Source: a virus | Virus genome (UHGV): UHGV-0255373 | Reading direction: 5' to 3' (one strand) | DNA: 46,830 nt | Shown: piece after piece, positions 1 through 10,900 of the stretch | Numbering within the stretch: position 1 is the first letter of the stretch | Layout: the number at the start of each line of letters is the position of its first letter | Notes under the pieces: generated by a model | Told to the model about the DNA's origin: nothing | Databases searched by the model: none | The model's input: the letters and a program-made list of their open reading frames with translations, nothing else | Position numbers and translations under genes: made by a program

Positions 1-837
1 GTTCGACCATTCTTTAACAGTTACTCTTGTACCTTCGCTGATACATCCGTCTTTATCATAATCATGTTTTTTTGCATCTTCAGTTAATTCATTATATGTT
101 TTTCTTCTAAAGTTTTCTCCCGGACCAGTACGAACACTTAAATCACTGGCGGTTACTTCATAAGTCCCTAAATTTTGTGCTACACTATCTTGAACTTTGC
201 AATATTGTAGAGACACCCAACCTTCGCCAGTATATCCCCAACCATTTGATTCTTGTGTAATAGTCAATTCCGTACCGTTGGCATAAGCCTTAACCTTTGC
301 ACCGTTTGGAGCATTACGACAATTTACACCGCTTGGCGTATTAACTTTTACTCTATAACTAACCCCACTAGGCTCTTGTGGAACCTGAACAGAATTATCA
401 TAATCAATATCACATAACCATAATATATGTGTAAATTTTCTGTTTGCTACTTTTGTTTTAACTGTACCATATGCACTTCCACGAGCTTCGATACATTCTC
501 CATTTCCGATATAAATACCAATATGTCCTTGTTGCCATAAAGCACAACCAGCTACTGCACCGCTTATATTACTTATAGGTTCAATGCGTGTAGCAGTTTC
601 TTTATATTGACTAGATCCTCTTACTTTACCAGTGCACCAGCTAATAAGTCCGCTACAGTCAGTACACACTGTTCCGATTTTTCCTTTTTCCTTATTATAT
701 GTAAGATATTTTGGATAGCTGTTAGCTAACGATCTTAATTTAGAATCTGTTAATACAGCTCCTTTCATCCCGTATACATAGTTAGTACCTAATTTAGATT
801 TTGCGAAATTTACTAATTCATTTGCTGTTTTTGACAT
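1..837 (-). CDS. Endolysin, NlpC/P60 peptidase with two SH3b-like domains (5' part; continues across the circular junction)
   Basis: Manual translation from ATG 837 (RBS AGGAGG): MSKTANELVNFAKSKLGTNYVYG...TDCSGLISW...GHIGIYIGNGECIEARG, then VNCRNAPNG...GWVSLQY and LSVRTGPG. The frame is open to position 1. Confidence 0.9.
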   Translation of the reverse strand, partial: MSKTANELVNFAKSKLGTNYVYGMKGAVLTDSKLRSLANSYPKYLTYNKEKGKIGTVCTDCSGLISWCTGKVRGSSQYKETATRIEPISNISGAVAGCALWQQGHIGIYIGNGECIEARGSAYGTVKTKVANRKFTHILWLCDIDYDNSVQVPQEPSGVSYRVKVNTPSGVNCRNAPNGAKVKAYANGTELTITQESNGWGYTGEGWVSLQYCKVQDSVAQNLGTYEVTASDLSVRTGPGENFRRKTYNELTEDAKKHDYDKDGCISEGTRVTVKEWSN

Positions 838-841
838 AAAT

Positions 842-876
842 AAAAACCTCCTTATTTAAAAGTAGGCTCAAGGCTC
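842..876 (-). promoter_or_regulatory. Tandem GAGCC box A with a hairpin over the endolysin SD
   Basis: Minus strand TAA-T-GAGCC-TT-GAGCC-TACTTTTAAATAAGGAGGTTTTT; GAGCCU can pair with AGGUUU of the SD. Confidence 0.7.
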
Positions 877-877
877 A

Positions 878-1102
878 TTACTTTTTTAATTCATCAATAC
901 GATGATGTGCTGATTTTAGGCTGTTTTCTACAACAGCCATACGTTCGACTACAGAATTATGTTTTTCGACCTCCTTAGTCAATTCATCAATTCTATAATT
1001 CATCAACGCATTTGATTTGTTATTACTGCTCATCGTTGCTATTACTGATGGGATAGCAACGCACAAACCACTTATAATAGCGGTAACTACTACATCGCTC
1101 AT
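878..1102 (-). CDS. Small membrane protein of the lysis module (holin-associated)
   Basis: N-terminal TM helix followed by a coiled coil; lies between holin and endolysin. Confidence 0.65.
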   Translation of the reverse strand: MSDVVVTAIISGLCVAIPSVIATMSSNNKSNALMNYRIDELTKEVEKHNSVVERMAVVENSLKSAHHRIDELKK

Positions 1103-1110
1103 ACAATCAC

Positions 1111-1368
1111 CTACTTAACTGGTTTGTCATATTGTTGAGCACGTTCGGAATCACTAACCCCTTGAGTTGTAGGATCAACAACAACTCCCAAAATAACAAG
1201 TAATGCAAATACGGCATTTACTACAGCTAATAACTTATTACCTAAATCGCCAAAATCTAGTGTATAGCCAAATACCGCCCCTACTACCTGAATAACTAAC
1301 AATACTGCTGGAATAACACTCAGCCAAAATTGTTTGTTAGCAATTCTTACTTTCCAATTAATCTTCAT
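1111..1368 (-). CDS. Holin, phiLC3 family
   Basis: MKINWKVRIANKQFW...GVVVDPTTQGVSDSERA signature, two TM segments. Confidence 0.92.
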   Translation of the reverse strand: MKINWKVRIANKQFWLSVIPAVLLVIQVVGAVFGYTLDFGDLGNKLLAVVNAVFALLVILGVVVDPTTQGVSDSERAQQYDKPVK

Positions 1369-1381
1369 AACAGTTTCCTCC

Positions 1382-1624
1382 TTAAATTTTATTAAGTACA
1401 GCTAATACATAGCCTTCCTTGATACCTTCGTCATTAATAATCTGTTTAATCTGCGTTAACTGTGATTTCGAAGTATAATTGACTTCTTCTTCGACAGTTT
1501 CGATTTCTCTAAATAAAATATAATCGTTCTGCTCATAACTTGATTGTTTTAAAATCATATAATTTGTTTCAAGTAATTGGCTGAATTTACTTGCTGTAAC
1601 ATCTAATTCATGTGTTTTAATCAT
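1382..1624 (-). CDS. DUF3850/ASCH-like small protein
   Basis: KTHEL...NDYILFRE...GIKEGYVL pattern resembling DUF3850. Confidence 0.5.
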   Translation of the reverse strand: MIKTHELDVTASKFSQLLETNYMILKQSSYEQNDYILFREIETVEEEVNYTSKSQLTQIKQIINDEGIKEGYVLAVLNKI

Positions 1625-1723
1625 AATTTTTTCTCAACTTTCTTATCGATATCTATATCCAATAACTCTTAAAATATGTTCTTCTATCTATTACTCTTTT
1701 GTTAATTGCCATAATCGTAGCTA

Positions 1724-3499
1724 CTAATCTGTTGTTTTAGTATAACGCAAAGTGATATAACCAGTGTAGCTACTCTTATCACTGGCACTTCCAATGATAA
1801 TATCACCAGTTGTAGGGTAACAAATTATACTTTCTCCTAAGCTCCATGGGTTAACATTTGGAATTGGCAATGCCGCAGATGGTGAACTTGCAACACCAGC
1901 GACATCAATAAATCTATCAATTTGATTAATGCCGTGCGATACTGTTTTAACATTATTATTTGGCAATGCTCCAATATTAATAGTTTTTTCATATATCTTT
2001 TTGCCATCTATCCAGTATTCGCCCGTAAACTGTTCTTCTGTACTATATTTAAAATAAATGTCCTTTTTCTCAATAGGGGCTGGAGGGACTGAATAATTTC
2101 CATTTTTCGTAAATACTGGTAATTCTTCACCATTTTTTAATATTTTTCCAAATATGTTCAAGTCATACTCAATTTGAAATTCACCTTCTTTATTGCAATA
2201 GCGTCCCCAGCCGACACCGTTTTTGTGAGGGGGAATATTAAGTATAACTTTACCAATATCTATATCGTGAATTACAGTTACTGTATTTCCAACATTATCA
2301 GTAATGGAAACTTCTACTTCATGGGTAGTATTTAACGCATAACCACTAAATACATATCCTTGTCCACTGTTAAACGCAGTTGATTTACTTGTATTGTTGA
2401 TTTTTATACTTTTAGTTTTTATTGCATTCCCAGTTATAACACAATAAGTAAATGTAGGCTTAACATAAATATAAGTACCCTTGATTATATCTTTAGTTCC
2501 CGAACTGTCGCATCTGTATGTTTCAAAAGTTAATGTCGGCAGTGTATACGCAGTAACCGTGACTTTAACCGTTTTACTTGCTGTAAATCCTCTGCTGTCT
2601 GTAATTGTTGCGGTGAATGTTATATCACCTGATTTACTTAAAACATCGGTAGTATAGGTGTTCGATTCACCACTATAACTGTAATCTCCACCTTTTATAC
2701 TGTAAGTGGTTATAGTACTTCCATATATCCCCTTAGCACCATTTATTGTTAATTTAATACTTGATTTACCTTGCAAATACAACGAACCAAATGGATTTAC
2801 CGGTGTTGCAGTAATACTTGTAAAGCTAGGATTAGCGTTGGTTATAGTATATGTTCTATCGTGATAGCTTGCCCACTGCTTATTGTTAGAATATAACCCT
2901 ATACGAATAGTACAAGTTTTCCCTTTACACGCTTCTCTTAACTGGTTTCGTTCTTCATCAGTTAATTCCCATGTATAACTCCCCGTGTTGGGAATATTAT
3001 CCCTAACTGCAAGATGCGGTCCGTTTGGGTTAGGCTCTAACCAGACGCTAATATTAAAGCCACCCGGATTACTGAATTTAATAGTTGGATTTTGAACATC
3101 TGTGAAATTGCTACTTTCTGTAATGTTAGCCTGCCTTGGGATAGTAGTTAATGTATGTGTATAGCCCTGCTCGCCTGCACTGAACTGACTATGACTTATC
3201 CACCCAGTAACGCTTATAGCTTTTGAACCGTCAGCATTATGACCGACAGTAACATCCCATGTACCTAAGCGAATCGGTGTTGATGTTATTTTCTGTCCAG
3301 TACTTATACCAGCACTGTATACTCCGCCGTTTATGCGAGCATACACTGTTCCTGTTCCATATGTAGTATAACCAGTGTTTGTTCGCCATACGTCTATCCA
3401 AACTCGTACAACAGAGGTGTTTGAATTTATGTCATACGATAATTCCTGACTGTTAACACTGTAGTTTATATATTTATTACTTGTTCCAAAAGTTGCCAT
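1724..3499 (-). CDS. Tail/baseplate protein (DUF859-like) with a C-terminal putative receptor-binding domain
   Basis: HNADGSK...LTTIPR motif, beta-rich body, C-terminal YSTEEQFTGEYWIDGKKIY...LRYTKTTD. Confidence 0.75.
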   Translation of the reverse strand: MATFGTSNKYINYSVNSQELSYDINSNTSVVRVWIDVWRTNTGYTTYGTGTVYARINGGVYSAGISTGQKITSTPIRLGTWDVTVGHNADGSKAISVTGWISHSQFSAGEQGYTHTLTTIPRQANITESSNFTDVQNPTIKFSNPGGFNISVWLEPNPNGPHLAVRDNIPNTGSYTWELTDEERNQLREACKGKTCTIRIGLYSNNKQWASYHDRTYTITNANPSFTSITATPVNPFGSLYLQGKSSIKLTINGAKGIYGSTITTYSIKGGDYSYSGESNTYTTDVLSKSGDITFTATITDSRGFTASKTVKVTVTAYTLPTLTFETYRCDSSGTKDIIKGTYIYVKPTFTYCVITGNAIKTKSIKINNTSKSTAFNSGQGYVFSGYALNTTHEVEVSITDNVGNTVTVIHDIDIGKVILNIPPHKNGVGWGRYCNKEGEFQIEYDLNIFGKILKNGEELPVFTKNGNYSVPPAPIEKKDIYFKYSTEEQFTGEYWIDGKKIYEKTINIGALPNNNVKTVSHGINQIDRFIDVAGVASSPSAALPIPNVNPWSLGESIICYPTTGDIIIGSASDKSSYTGYITLRYTKTTD

Positions 3500-3510
3500 T
3501 CACACACCTC

Positions 3511-4152
3511 CTAAGTTAATGTCAGACCATCAGTAGCATCATAATTCCAGCTGAATGTTCCGATATTCAATTTTGTCATTACAATGGCATATTCAATGTT
3601 AAGCTGTTGGTTTGACAGATATGCTATTCTGCTTCCATTTTGATAGAACCCTAATTCCGTATTAGATAATTTAACAGCAAAGGGACTATTGCTTGCACCT
3701 AGTTCTAATACACCATCCTGAAATCTAGCCCACTGTGATATTTCTTCTTTCGTAGCCAGACCACTTATATTGTCGGTAATACTTTTAATACTGTTTGTAA
3801 CCAGCGATATAGAACTAGAATTTTGAACAATCTGTGATGATAACTGCTCTATCAAAGTTGAATTGTCAGTAGTGGTAGTCTGTAGTTTTTCAACCAGTGT
3901 AGTCAGCGATTCTTTAAGCTGGTTGATCGCAGAAGTATATTCAGTAGTAATATTCTGCTTCATGTCATTTATATCACCAGCGAAATCATTAGTCGCTTCC
4001 CATGTAGTACCGTTCCAGTATTTTAGAAGATTATCAGTTGTATCAAACCATAACTTAGTTTTATCACTAGGTGCAGTAGCACTATGAACCGTACCGTCTG
4101 TACCGTCATAACAGTCTGTTAATGTTATAAGCGCATATGCTTTAACAGCCAT
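3511..4152 (-). CDS. Tail fibre/baseplate protein with coiled coil
   Basis: TAPSDKTKLWFDT...LKYWNGTTW motif, coiled coil, IAYLSNQQLNI C-terminus. Confidence 0.7.
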   Translation of the reverse strand: MAVKAYALITLTDCYDGTDGTVHSATAPSDKTKLWFDTTDNLLKYWNGTTWEATNDFAGDINDMKQNITTEYTSAINQLKESLTTLVEKLQTTTTDNSTLIEQLSSQIVQNSSSISLVTNSIKSITDNISGLATKEEISQWARFQDGVLELGASNSPFAVKLSNTELGFYQNGSRIAYLSNQQLNIEYAIVMTKLNIGTFSWNYDATDGLTLT

Positions 4153-4155
4153 AAA

Positions 4156-5169
4156 CTATCCCTCTAACTGTGCTGTATAAGTCGCTTTATTATCAACATC
4201 ACCAGCGTTAATCGTTAAACTAGAACCAGTTGCTACAGCTGTTGAACCACCATCTTTGTACCACTTAATCGTTCCTAGTGCAGTTAATGCACTGCCAGTA
4301 ACTTCTACCCCACCCTTAAATACGCGAGCTGTTAAAGTTGTTGCGATAGCAGTATTTTTAAAGATAACTCCATTTGAAGATTTGATTGCCATAGTGATCG
4401 AATCTGCACCATTAGCGCCATTTCTTGAGATAGAATACGATACTGCTGTTTTATTGTCTGAATAGGTTACGGTTGTTCTAGTCCATACGTATTGACCGGG
4501 GTTCCCAGCAACTGGTGTACTAGACCATGAACCAGTTGGTACAGTAGTTCCGGAATTACTTGCCTGATATTCTGTAACCGTTGATTTAACTGTAACACTC
4601 GTACCATTTGTACCGTTTGTAGGATTTCTTGACACACTGTATGCTGTAGTAGATTTACCATCACTATAGGTTACTACTGTTTTTGTCCATAAATACTGTC
4701 CTGAAGGAACAGAAGGAATTGCGGTTGTCCATGAACCGTTTGGCGCAGTCGTTCCCGAAGTACCAACTTGATATGTTATGCTTGTATTCGATACTGTAAC
4801 ACTTGTACCATTATTTCCTTTAAATGCTATCGACCAACTGAATACTTTTTCAATTGTAACATCTTCTGTTTTTACCGGAATAATAACACTTCCGCTCTTA
4901 GTTAATGCGCTTGTTGCAGTTATCGTTAATGTTGGTTCTGGTGTTTTCCCATCTGAAACTATACTTAATCCCGTTGGAGCTGTAATATCCCCAACTGAAC
5001 ACACCATTTTATCCGAACCTCTTATAGCAGTTATTTTGCAAGTTAATGACTGAGTTCCTTCTACTGATGTTGTAGTTCCCTGAAACGTATAATTTTCATT
5101 ACTTAAATGTATTGAATAGCCGTCTGTTATATCGACTACATCTTGCTCTGCTGTTGCTTTTATTGCCAT
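4156..5169 (-). CDS. Tail fibre protein with two internal ~66-aa repeats and Ig-like domains
   Basis: Repeats NGTSVTV...YQ...SGTT.P.GSW...GQY.WT.T.VTYSD.K...YS.SRN. Confidence 0.7.
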   Translation of the reverse strand: MAIKATAEQDVVDITDGYSIHLSNENYTFQGTTTSVEGTQSLTCKITAIRGSDKMVCSVGDITAPTGLSIVSDGKTPEPTLTITATSALTKSGSVIIPVKTEDVTIEKVFSWSIAFKGNNGTSVTVSNTSITYQVGTSGTTAPNGSWTTAIPSVPSGQYLWTKTVVTYSDGKSTTAYSVSRNPTNGTNGTSVTVKSTVTEYQASNSGTTVPTGSWSSTPVAGNPGQYVWTRTTVTYSDNKTAVSYSISRNGANGADSITMAIKSSNGVIFKNTAIATTLTARVFKGGVEVTGSALTALGTIKWYKDGGSTAVATGSSLTINAGDVDNKATYTAQLEG

Positions 5170-5183
5170 TTACTTATTTCCTC

Positions 5184-7598
5184 CTAAAAATCTAAAAAGC
5201 ATCTAAATGTTGCTTTTTCATTTATATCATTTGATGTTAGCGTTAATATAAATCCATTGTCCGTTAATCTAGAATCAGCTGGATCTAACGCTGTAAAGTC
5301 TGTTTCCTTAATATGTTTTACTTCCCAAAGTATCTTCGCTTTATCGCCAAAATAATTATACATTTTTTGAGACGTATCTATTATTTCACCAGCCACAAAT
5401 ATTTGAACTGTCATCGTAGTAGACACACCAGTATTTTTAAATATATAGCCATTTGAACTGTCTATTTTAAGAACTAATGCATCCTTGCCATCGATATTAA
5501 GCATAAACGTTACACTAAGTTTTTTTGTTGCATTTTTATAAGTTACATAGCAAATATATGTTATATATGGACGTCCTTTAGACATAACATTTTTATTTAC
5601 TGTTAGGATACCGTTTAAGACACTCTCACCCTCTATTAAATCTGTCTCCGTTCCATTATTATTACGTTTCCAAACCAGTGTGCAGTTATTTAAATCTACA
5701 TTTAATAATCCATCTAAAACCGCTGGGGTAATAACTGCTGGGGTTTCTTCCCAGTTTGGTACATAACCTTCATCATATGATTGAACTGTATTGACACCAG
5801 TGACATCCAAGAAACTGCCTTCTAGATTAGCAATGTCATTATTATCAGTTATGCTTATAGACAGTGTTTTTCTAGTACCAATCGGTAATGTTATTTCACA
5901 ATAGAAACTGCCGTTAACATTTACATCATCAGGTGTTAATATTATCGAACGTTTCCCTTTGTGACTGTTATTCCAAGCTTTATCGCTTTCGCTATCACTC
6001 GATACTCTGTACCAGTTAAAACTAATACTGCTTATGTTGTTTGTTTCATCATTATTGCCATCATATACTTTTGCACTTAATGTAATTGTATCTGTTGGTT
6101 TGTTTAGGACAGTTCCACTATTATCTAAGGATACTAGGTATTTTTTAGCTTGTAGCTCCTCTTTTATTTCTTCAAAGGCTTTTATTGTCAACTCGCCTTT
6201 TTCGTTTAGGTAAAAGCTAGGATTGCTTATTTCACCCTCTGAATCACGTTTCCCAATCTTAATAACACCCGTCTGTAAATCAAGTTCAAACATTTCACCT
6301 TGCAATATACCAGTTGTAATAACATTTGCATTGAAATTACCATCAAGGTCAAAGGCTAAATTTTTAAATGTCTTCCCACCATCTTCAGAATAGCCTAGAC
6401 CACCGGCTGTAAATCTCCACAAATGTGTATCATCCCTTAATTCAGGAGTATTCATGATAGTCCATCCTGAAGGAAAACCTTCGTCGTTCATATCAATTCT
6501 GTAATAACCGCCCTGATTGCCTAAAATTTTATCAGTAGTATTTTTAAAAGCATTTGTTAATGTGGCATACAGCTTATTTAGTTTAATGTCTGTAGGTGAC
6601 TGATTCATAACTGTATCTATTTCAGTTTCACCTTTGCATGTTATGCTTGATTTCATACCCGTAAGCACTATTGTATGTTCGCTTAGCAGTACATTATGTA
6701 AAACACCATTTTTATCTTCAACTTTAACAATATCAGTTATTTCTAAAGCTGGGTTACCTCGCCACTCTACAGTACATGGTGTGTATGTAAAACCTTTAAT
6801 CCGCTCAAATATACTGTCTAATATTTCTTGTTTCATATACGGATTTTCGAAAGTTATACCGAATCCATTTCCAGCTACCAGTACATTTTCACTATCACCA
6901 CATGTTAACGAGTTGATTACTATGTCCTCGTCAGTAGTTCTGTTGAAACCGTTCATAAACTGCAAATCATAAGTTATCTCAATACCACAATCCTTGTACC
7001 AATATGCGATTAATTTATCGTCTGGATTTATTGTTCCATTACACCCCATTAAGCCCATCATATAGCCTAGGAATTGTTTACACGTCATATTATCAATATA
7101 TCCATCAATTATAATGTCCGGTATATTTTTTATATCGTGCAAGATATTACACTGGCTACAAATATCATTTATTACATTCGATAAACTATTAGGGTATTCA
7201 ATATCAGGTATATATGTTTTATTTAAACGATATGTGCTGTCATAAGCTACAACTGTTATAATGTCGCTATTATCTGATTTATCAATCTCAGCTGTGTAAT
7301 ATGTACCCTTACATACATAAACACCATTTACACCACTATAAATTTTTACTGTACTATTTTTTAACGGGATCTTGTTATCAGGCATTTTGAATTTGACAGT
7401 TGCTTTATTAGTATTTATTTCACCAATTTTTAAAGTTGATTCGCTACAAGAAATTTCGTCTAAAACAACAGATATGACTTCATTGATTAATTCTGTTGTG
7501 CCATTAAAAATAACTTTGGCATTGATAACTCGGTCTTGCGCTGTAACTGATGAATTAAATTCTTCGTTTGTATTAATCATGCTATCTCTACCTTTCAA
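5184..7598 (-). CDS. Baseplate hub/Tal-like tail protein with C-terminal Ig-like domains (likely start 7580)
   Basis: Follows Dit; WRGNPALEITD motif; GLGYSEDGG...DGNFNANVITTG. Confidence 0.75.
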   Translation of the reverse strand: MKGRDSMINTNEEFNSSVTAQDRVINAKVIFNGTTELINEVISVVLDEISCSESTLKIGEINTNKATVKFKMPDNKIPLKNSTVKIYSGVNGVYVCKGTYYTAEIDKSDNSDIITVVAYDSTYRLNKTYIPDIEYPNSLSNVINDICSQCNILHDIKNIPDIIIDGYIDNMTCKQFLGYMMGLMGCNGTINPDDKLIAYWYKDCGIEITYDLQFMNGFNRTTDEDIVINSLTCGDSENVLVAGNGFGITFENPYMKQEILDSIFERIKGFTYTPCTVEWRGNPALEITDIVKVEDKNGVLHNVLLSEHTIVLTGMKSSITCKGETEIDTVMNQSPTDIKLNKLYATLTNAFKNTTDKILGNQGGYYRIDMNDEGFPSGWTIMNTPELRDDTHLWRFTAGGLGYSEDGGKTFKNLAFDLDGNFNANVITTGILQGEMFELDLQTGVIKIGKRDSEGEISNPSFYLNEKGELTIKAFEEIKEELQAKKYLVSLDNSGTVLNKPTDTITLSAKVYDGNNDETNNISSISFNWYRVSSDSESDKAWNNSHKGKRSIILTPDDVNVNGSFYCEITLPIGTRKTLSISITDNNDIANLEGSFLDVTGVNTVQSYDEGYVPNWEETPAVITPAVLDGLLNVDLNNCTLVWKRNNNGTETDLIEGESVLNGILTVNKNVMSKGRPYITYICYVTYKNATKKLSVTFMLNIDGKDALVLKIDSSNGYIFKNTGVSTTMTVQIFVAGEIIDTSQKMYNYFGDKAKILWEVKHIKETDFTALDPADSRLTDNGFILTLTSNDINEKATFRCFLDF

Positions 7599-7953
7599 TA
7601 AAATTTAAATTAATCGTTTCCCATATCCAGCATTTTTTAACCGCATCATATTTAAATATAGGCATAGTTCTATCACCAACATAAGCAGTTATTGTTTTAC
7701 GCTTGTTTTCAACTGGATCAGGATATTCTAAAGAAAAGAATACTGGTTCAACTGCTTTAAGTAATTTGCTAGCCATAGCATCTGTAAGACCGTTAAATGT
7801 ACAAACAATCTTTCGCTTAACTGCTTTTCTATCTCTAAACATTTCTCCGTTTTGATTACGTCCTGAGCCTTCTTCACCGTCTAAATCATAAACTTGAAAT
7901 TCTAATGAAGAAGGGTTGAAACCTACTCCATTAATTTTAATAACATCGTCCAT
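7588..7953 (-). CDS. Distal tail protein (Dit-like)
   Basis: Follows TMP; SGRNQNGEMFRD...AYVGDR...NFIER. Confidence 0.75.
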   Translation of the reverse strand: MDDVIKINGVGFNPSSLEFQVYDLDGEEGSGRNQNGEMFRDRKAVKRKIVCTFNGLTDAMASKLLKAVEPVFFSLEYPDPVENKRKTITAYVGDRTMPIFKYDAVKKCWIWETINLNFIER

Positions 7954-7966
7954 TTCAATCCCTCCT

Positions 7967-10900
7967 TTAAATTAGCAACGGACTTTTACCCGTTTGTTTA
8001 ACTATTCCATTGTTATAGTCCACTACTGATTTTCCAACTGCTTTTTTATCTATTTCAACAGTTGTATGAATCTCAAATTTACCGCCACCACTCATACCAG
8101 CCATAGCACTACGCATAGCGTTGTAAACACCACCACTTACTGCACTTACAATTTGATCGTTATTAGCAACTGCTGTTTTCTTACCAATGCGTCCTACTAA
8201 CTCTGGACCAGCTTCCCTAGCAACGAACATTTGCCCCATATCAGGGAAACCACCGTTGGCGTACATATCTATTTTAAATGTTTGACCGTTAATATTAATA
8301 CCTTTTTTATTAGCTTTTAGGTTAATAGTAACACTAGGTTTTACTCCTTCAATTCTTGATTTAATTTCATCCAATTTTGATTGTGCGGGTGACTTAACAT
8401 CGACCTTGACTTCAGGTTTAGAATCTTTAGCTTGTTTTTCTATATCTTTCATTATTTCTTTTGATTTATCCGTTACTTTACCTTTGTCCTTGCTTAGTTG
8501 ATCGGATAAATTTTTAATTAATCCTAAACCTTGTTCATTACCTGATTTTCTCCATTGTTCAGTAAGCTCCGCCAAGGTTTCTTTGTCATTCTTTTTTAAT
8601 TTACTGTTTGAAATAACTTTTTTAGATTCAGTTAAATTATATGTTCTATCTAACTCTGCAAGTCTTTCATCATTTGCTTTTTTCAATGCATCATACTGTT
8701 CTCTAAGGTGATTTTTATCAGTCTGGGTTAATTTAGCGCCTTTCTTTTCAGCAGTACTTATCATTTCATCGTACGTTTTACCACTAGCAGTAGCTTTTAA
8801 CACTAAATCATTAAGCAGTTGAATTCTAGCTTCTTTACTCGCTTGTTGCTCAGTAGCACTCAACATTTTCCAACGCTCACCATTTTCGTTACACTTGTCA
8901 CCTAAATCATTCAATCCTTGAGCTAATGAAGTGTATGTGTAATATCCATCTGTTGACATTTTTCCGTACTGTTCACAAATACTTGCTGTTACACTTGATA
9001 TAGTTCCACTCGTTGCTTGTGCAGATGCAGTATAATTGTTTTGAGCTTCCACATTTGCAACAAATGCATTTTCAGCCTGAGTTAAAGCATCATTAGTACT
9101 AGCTAACGTTATATTTAAATCATTATTTTTTAAATTAACTTGATTTAAAGCATTGTAATAGGCTTGTGTTTTATTGTTTATATCATCCGCAGTGGCACCA
9201 TATTCTATCATTTTGCTTACCCACGCGCTATATGCATTGTTATAATTGTTTTGAGCTGTTGCTAAGTTTTGCTTAACTGTTGCTTCTTCTTTAACTGCAT
9301 TTATATATTCTTCTTCGTAGGCTTGCATAAGCGCTTTTCTTTTGAGTGCTTCTACTGTTTGATTAATCGCATTCATTTCTTCTTTATAATTTTGAATAAC
9401 TCCATCGGTAATTGTAATGTTTGTACCTAATTCTGTATTTAACTGACCTACATAATACTTAGCCAATTCCATACTTCCATTAACGCGACCATTTTCATCA
9501 ACTAACTTAGATAATTCATTTTTCCAAATCATTGCTTTTTCAGCATTTTCATTAGCTCTTTTCGCGTTTTCTTCACCAGCTTTATTTAACTCTTGTTGTG
9601 CTTTAGCTAATTTTTTACTTTCAGTAGCAAGTTCTTTGGATTCTTCAACCAGCTTCTCTTGTTCACGTGTCAAATTATTACTATCACCAATCAAAGCAAC
9701 ACACGCAATTGATATTGCGGTTAAACCACCAACAACCGCAACTAATGGGTTGCTAGCTAAAAACGTTAGTCCAGTGCTCAATAAATTTGATGCTCCAAAC
9801 GCACTTTCTGCTTTTGTTGCTAAAGAACCAAAACCTAAAGATACCGCTTTAAGAGGACCATCTATTGAATTTAACTTACTTCCAAAACTAATTAATGATG
9901 ATATAGCATTACTCGCCCCAAAACTTGCACTAGCCCAGTCGCTCATTGCTTGAGTAAATCCAACCGATTTAACAGAAGTTACAGCGCTAGGAATTAGTTT
10001 TAATGATGCGATTATTGTATTTATTTTTGTATTTGTGCTAACTAACTGGTCTACCTTCCACGCTGTTATAAATGCGCCTACAGCAGTAGTTACACCAGTC
10101 ATCAATCCCGGAAATTTCTTAAACATACTACCTATTCCGTCTACTGCGCTCGCCAATAAATCAATAGCTTTCAATACAGTGTTTCCAGCCATTTTTAATA
10201 AGGCTGTAGCTACTTTTTCGATTATGTTTATTGTAGGTCTTAATGCATCTAATACCTTGCTCAGCCCTTTAACAGCCTTAGAAAGACTATCGACCAAACT
10301 TGGCACTGCTTTTTCAATACTCCATTTAGCTAATGGCTCTAATACATTTTTATATCCGCCATATAGCAGTTTACTAATAGTGGTGCTCAAATCTTTAAAC
10401 GCATCTGTGAAGTTTACCACACTTTTTACCGCTGGTTTAAAATCCAAAGTATCAGATAGTTTAACAAGATCTCTTGATATATCGTCAATCAATCCCAAGA
10501 AAACATTAAATGAATCCCATAGGTTTTGAACTATTTGTGTACCGTTTCCAGCTTCATCCCATGCTGTTCTGAACTGTTTAGCCAAATTACCGACTGTAAT
10601 ATTAATGTTGGTTATGATGCTGAAAATATGATCCATAGTTTCCTCACCAGTTCCATTTTGCCAAACAGTGCCGAAACTTACACCAATACTATCTACCAGT
10701 TTTCCGATTTCGGTCCATTGATACTCGATTGAATCAAGTACACCCTTACCGTATTTGTTCCAGCTGTCAGTAACTGGTTTGAACATTTCAGCCATTTTTT
10801 TAGCCAAACGTTCCATCATTTCATTTGTTTGATTTTCCAGTCCTTTTAGAAAATCATACTGTGGCAGTTCTATATCACCTATTGAACCTCCGCCACCAGC

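Noticed and set aside
1724..2100. DGR target or invertible tail-fibre cassette
   Set aside because: No reverse transcriptase, template repeat or alternative C-terminal cassette seen
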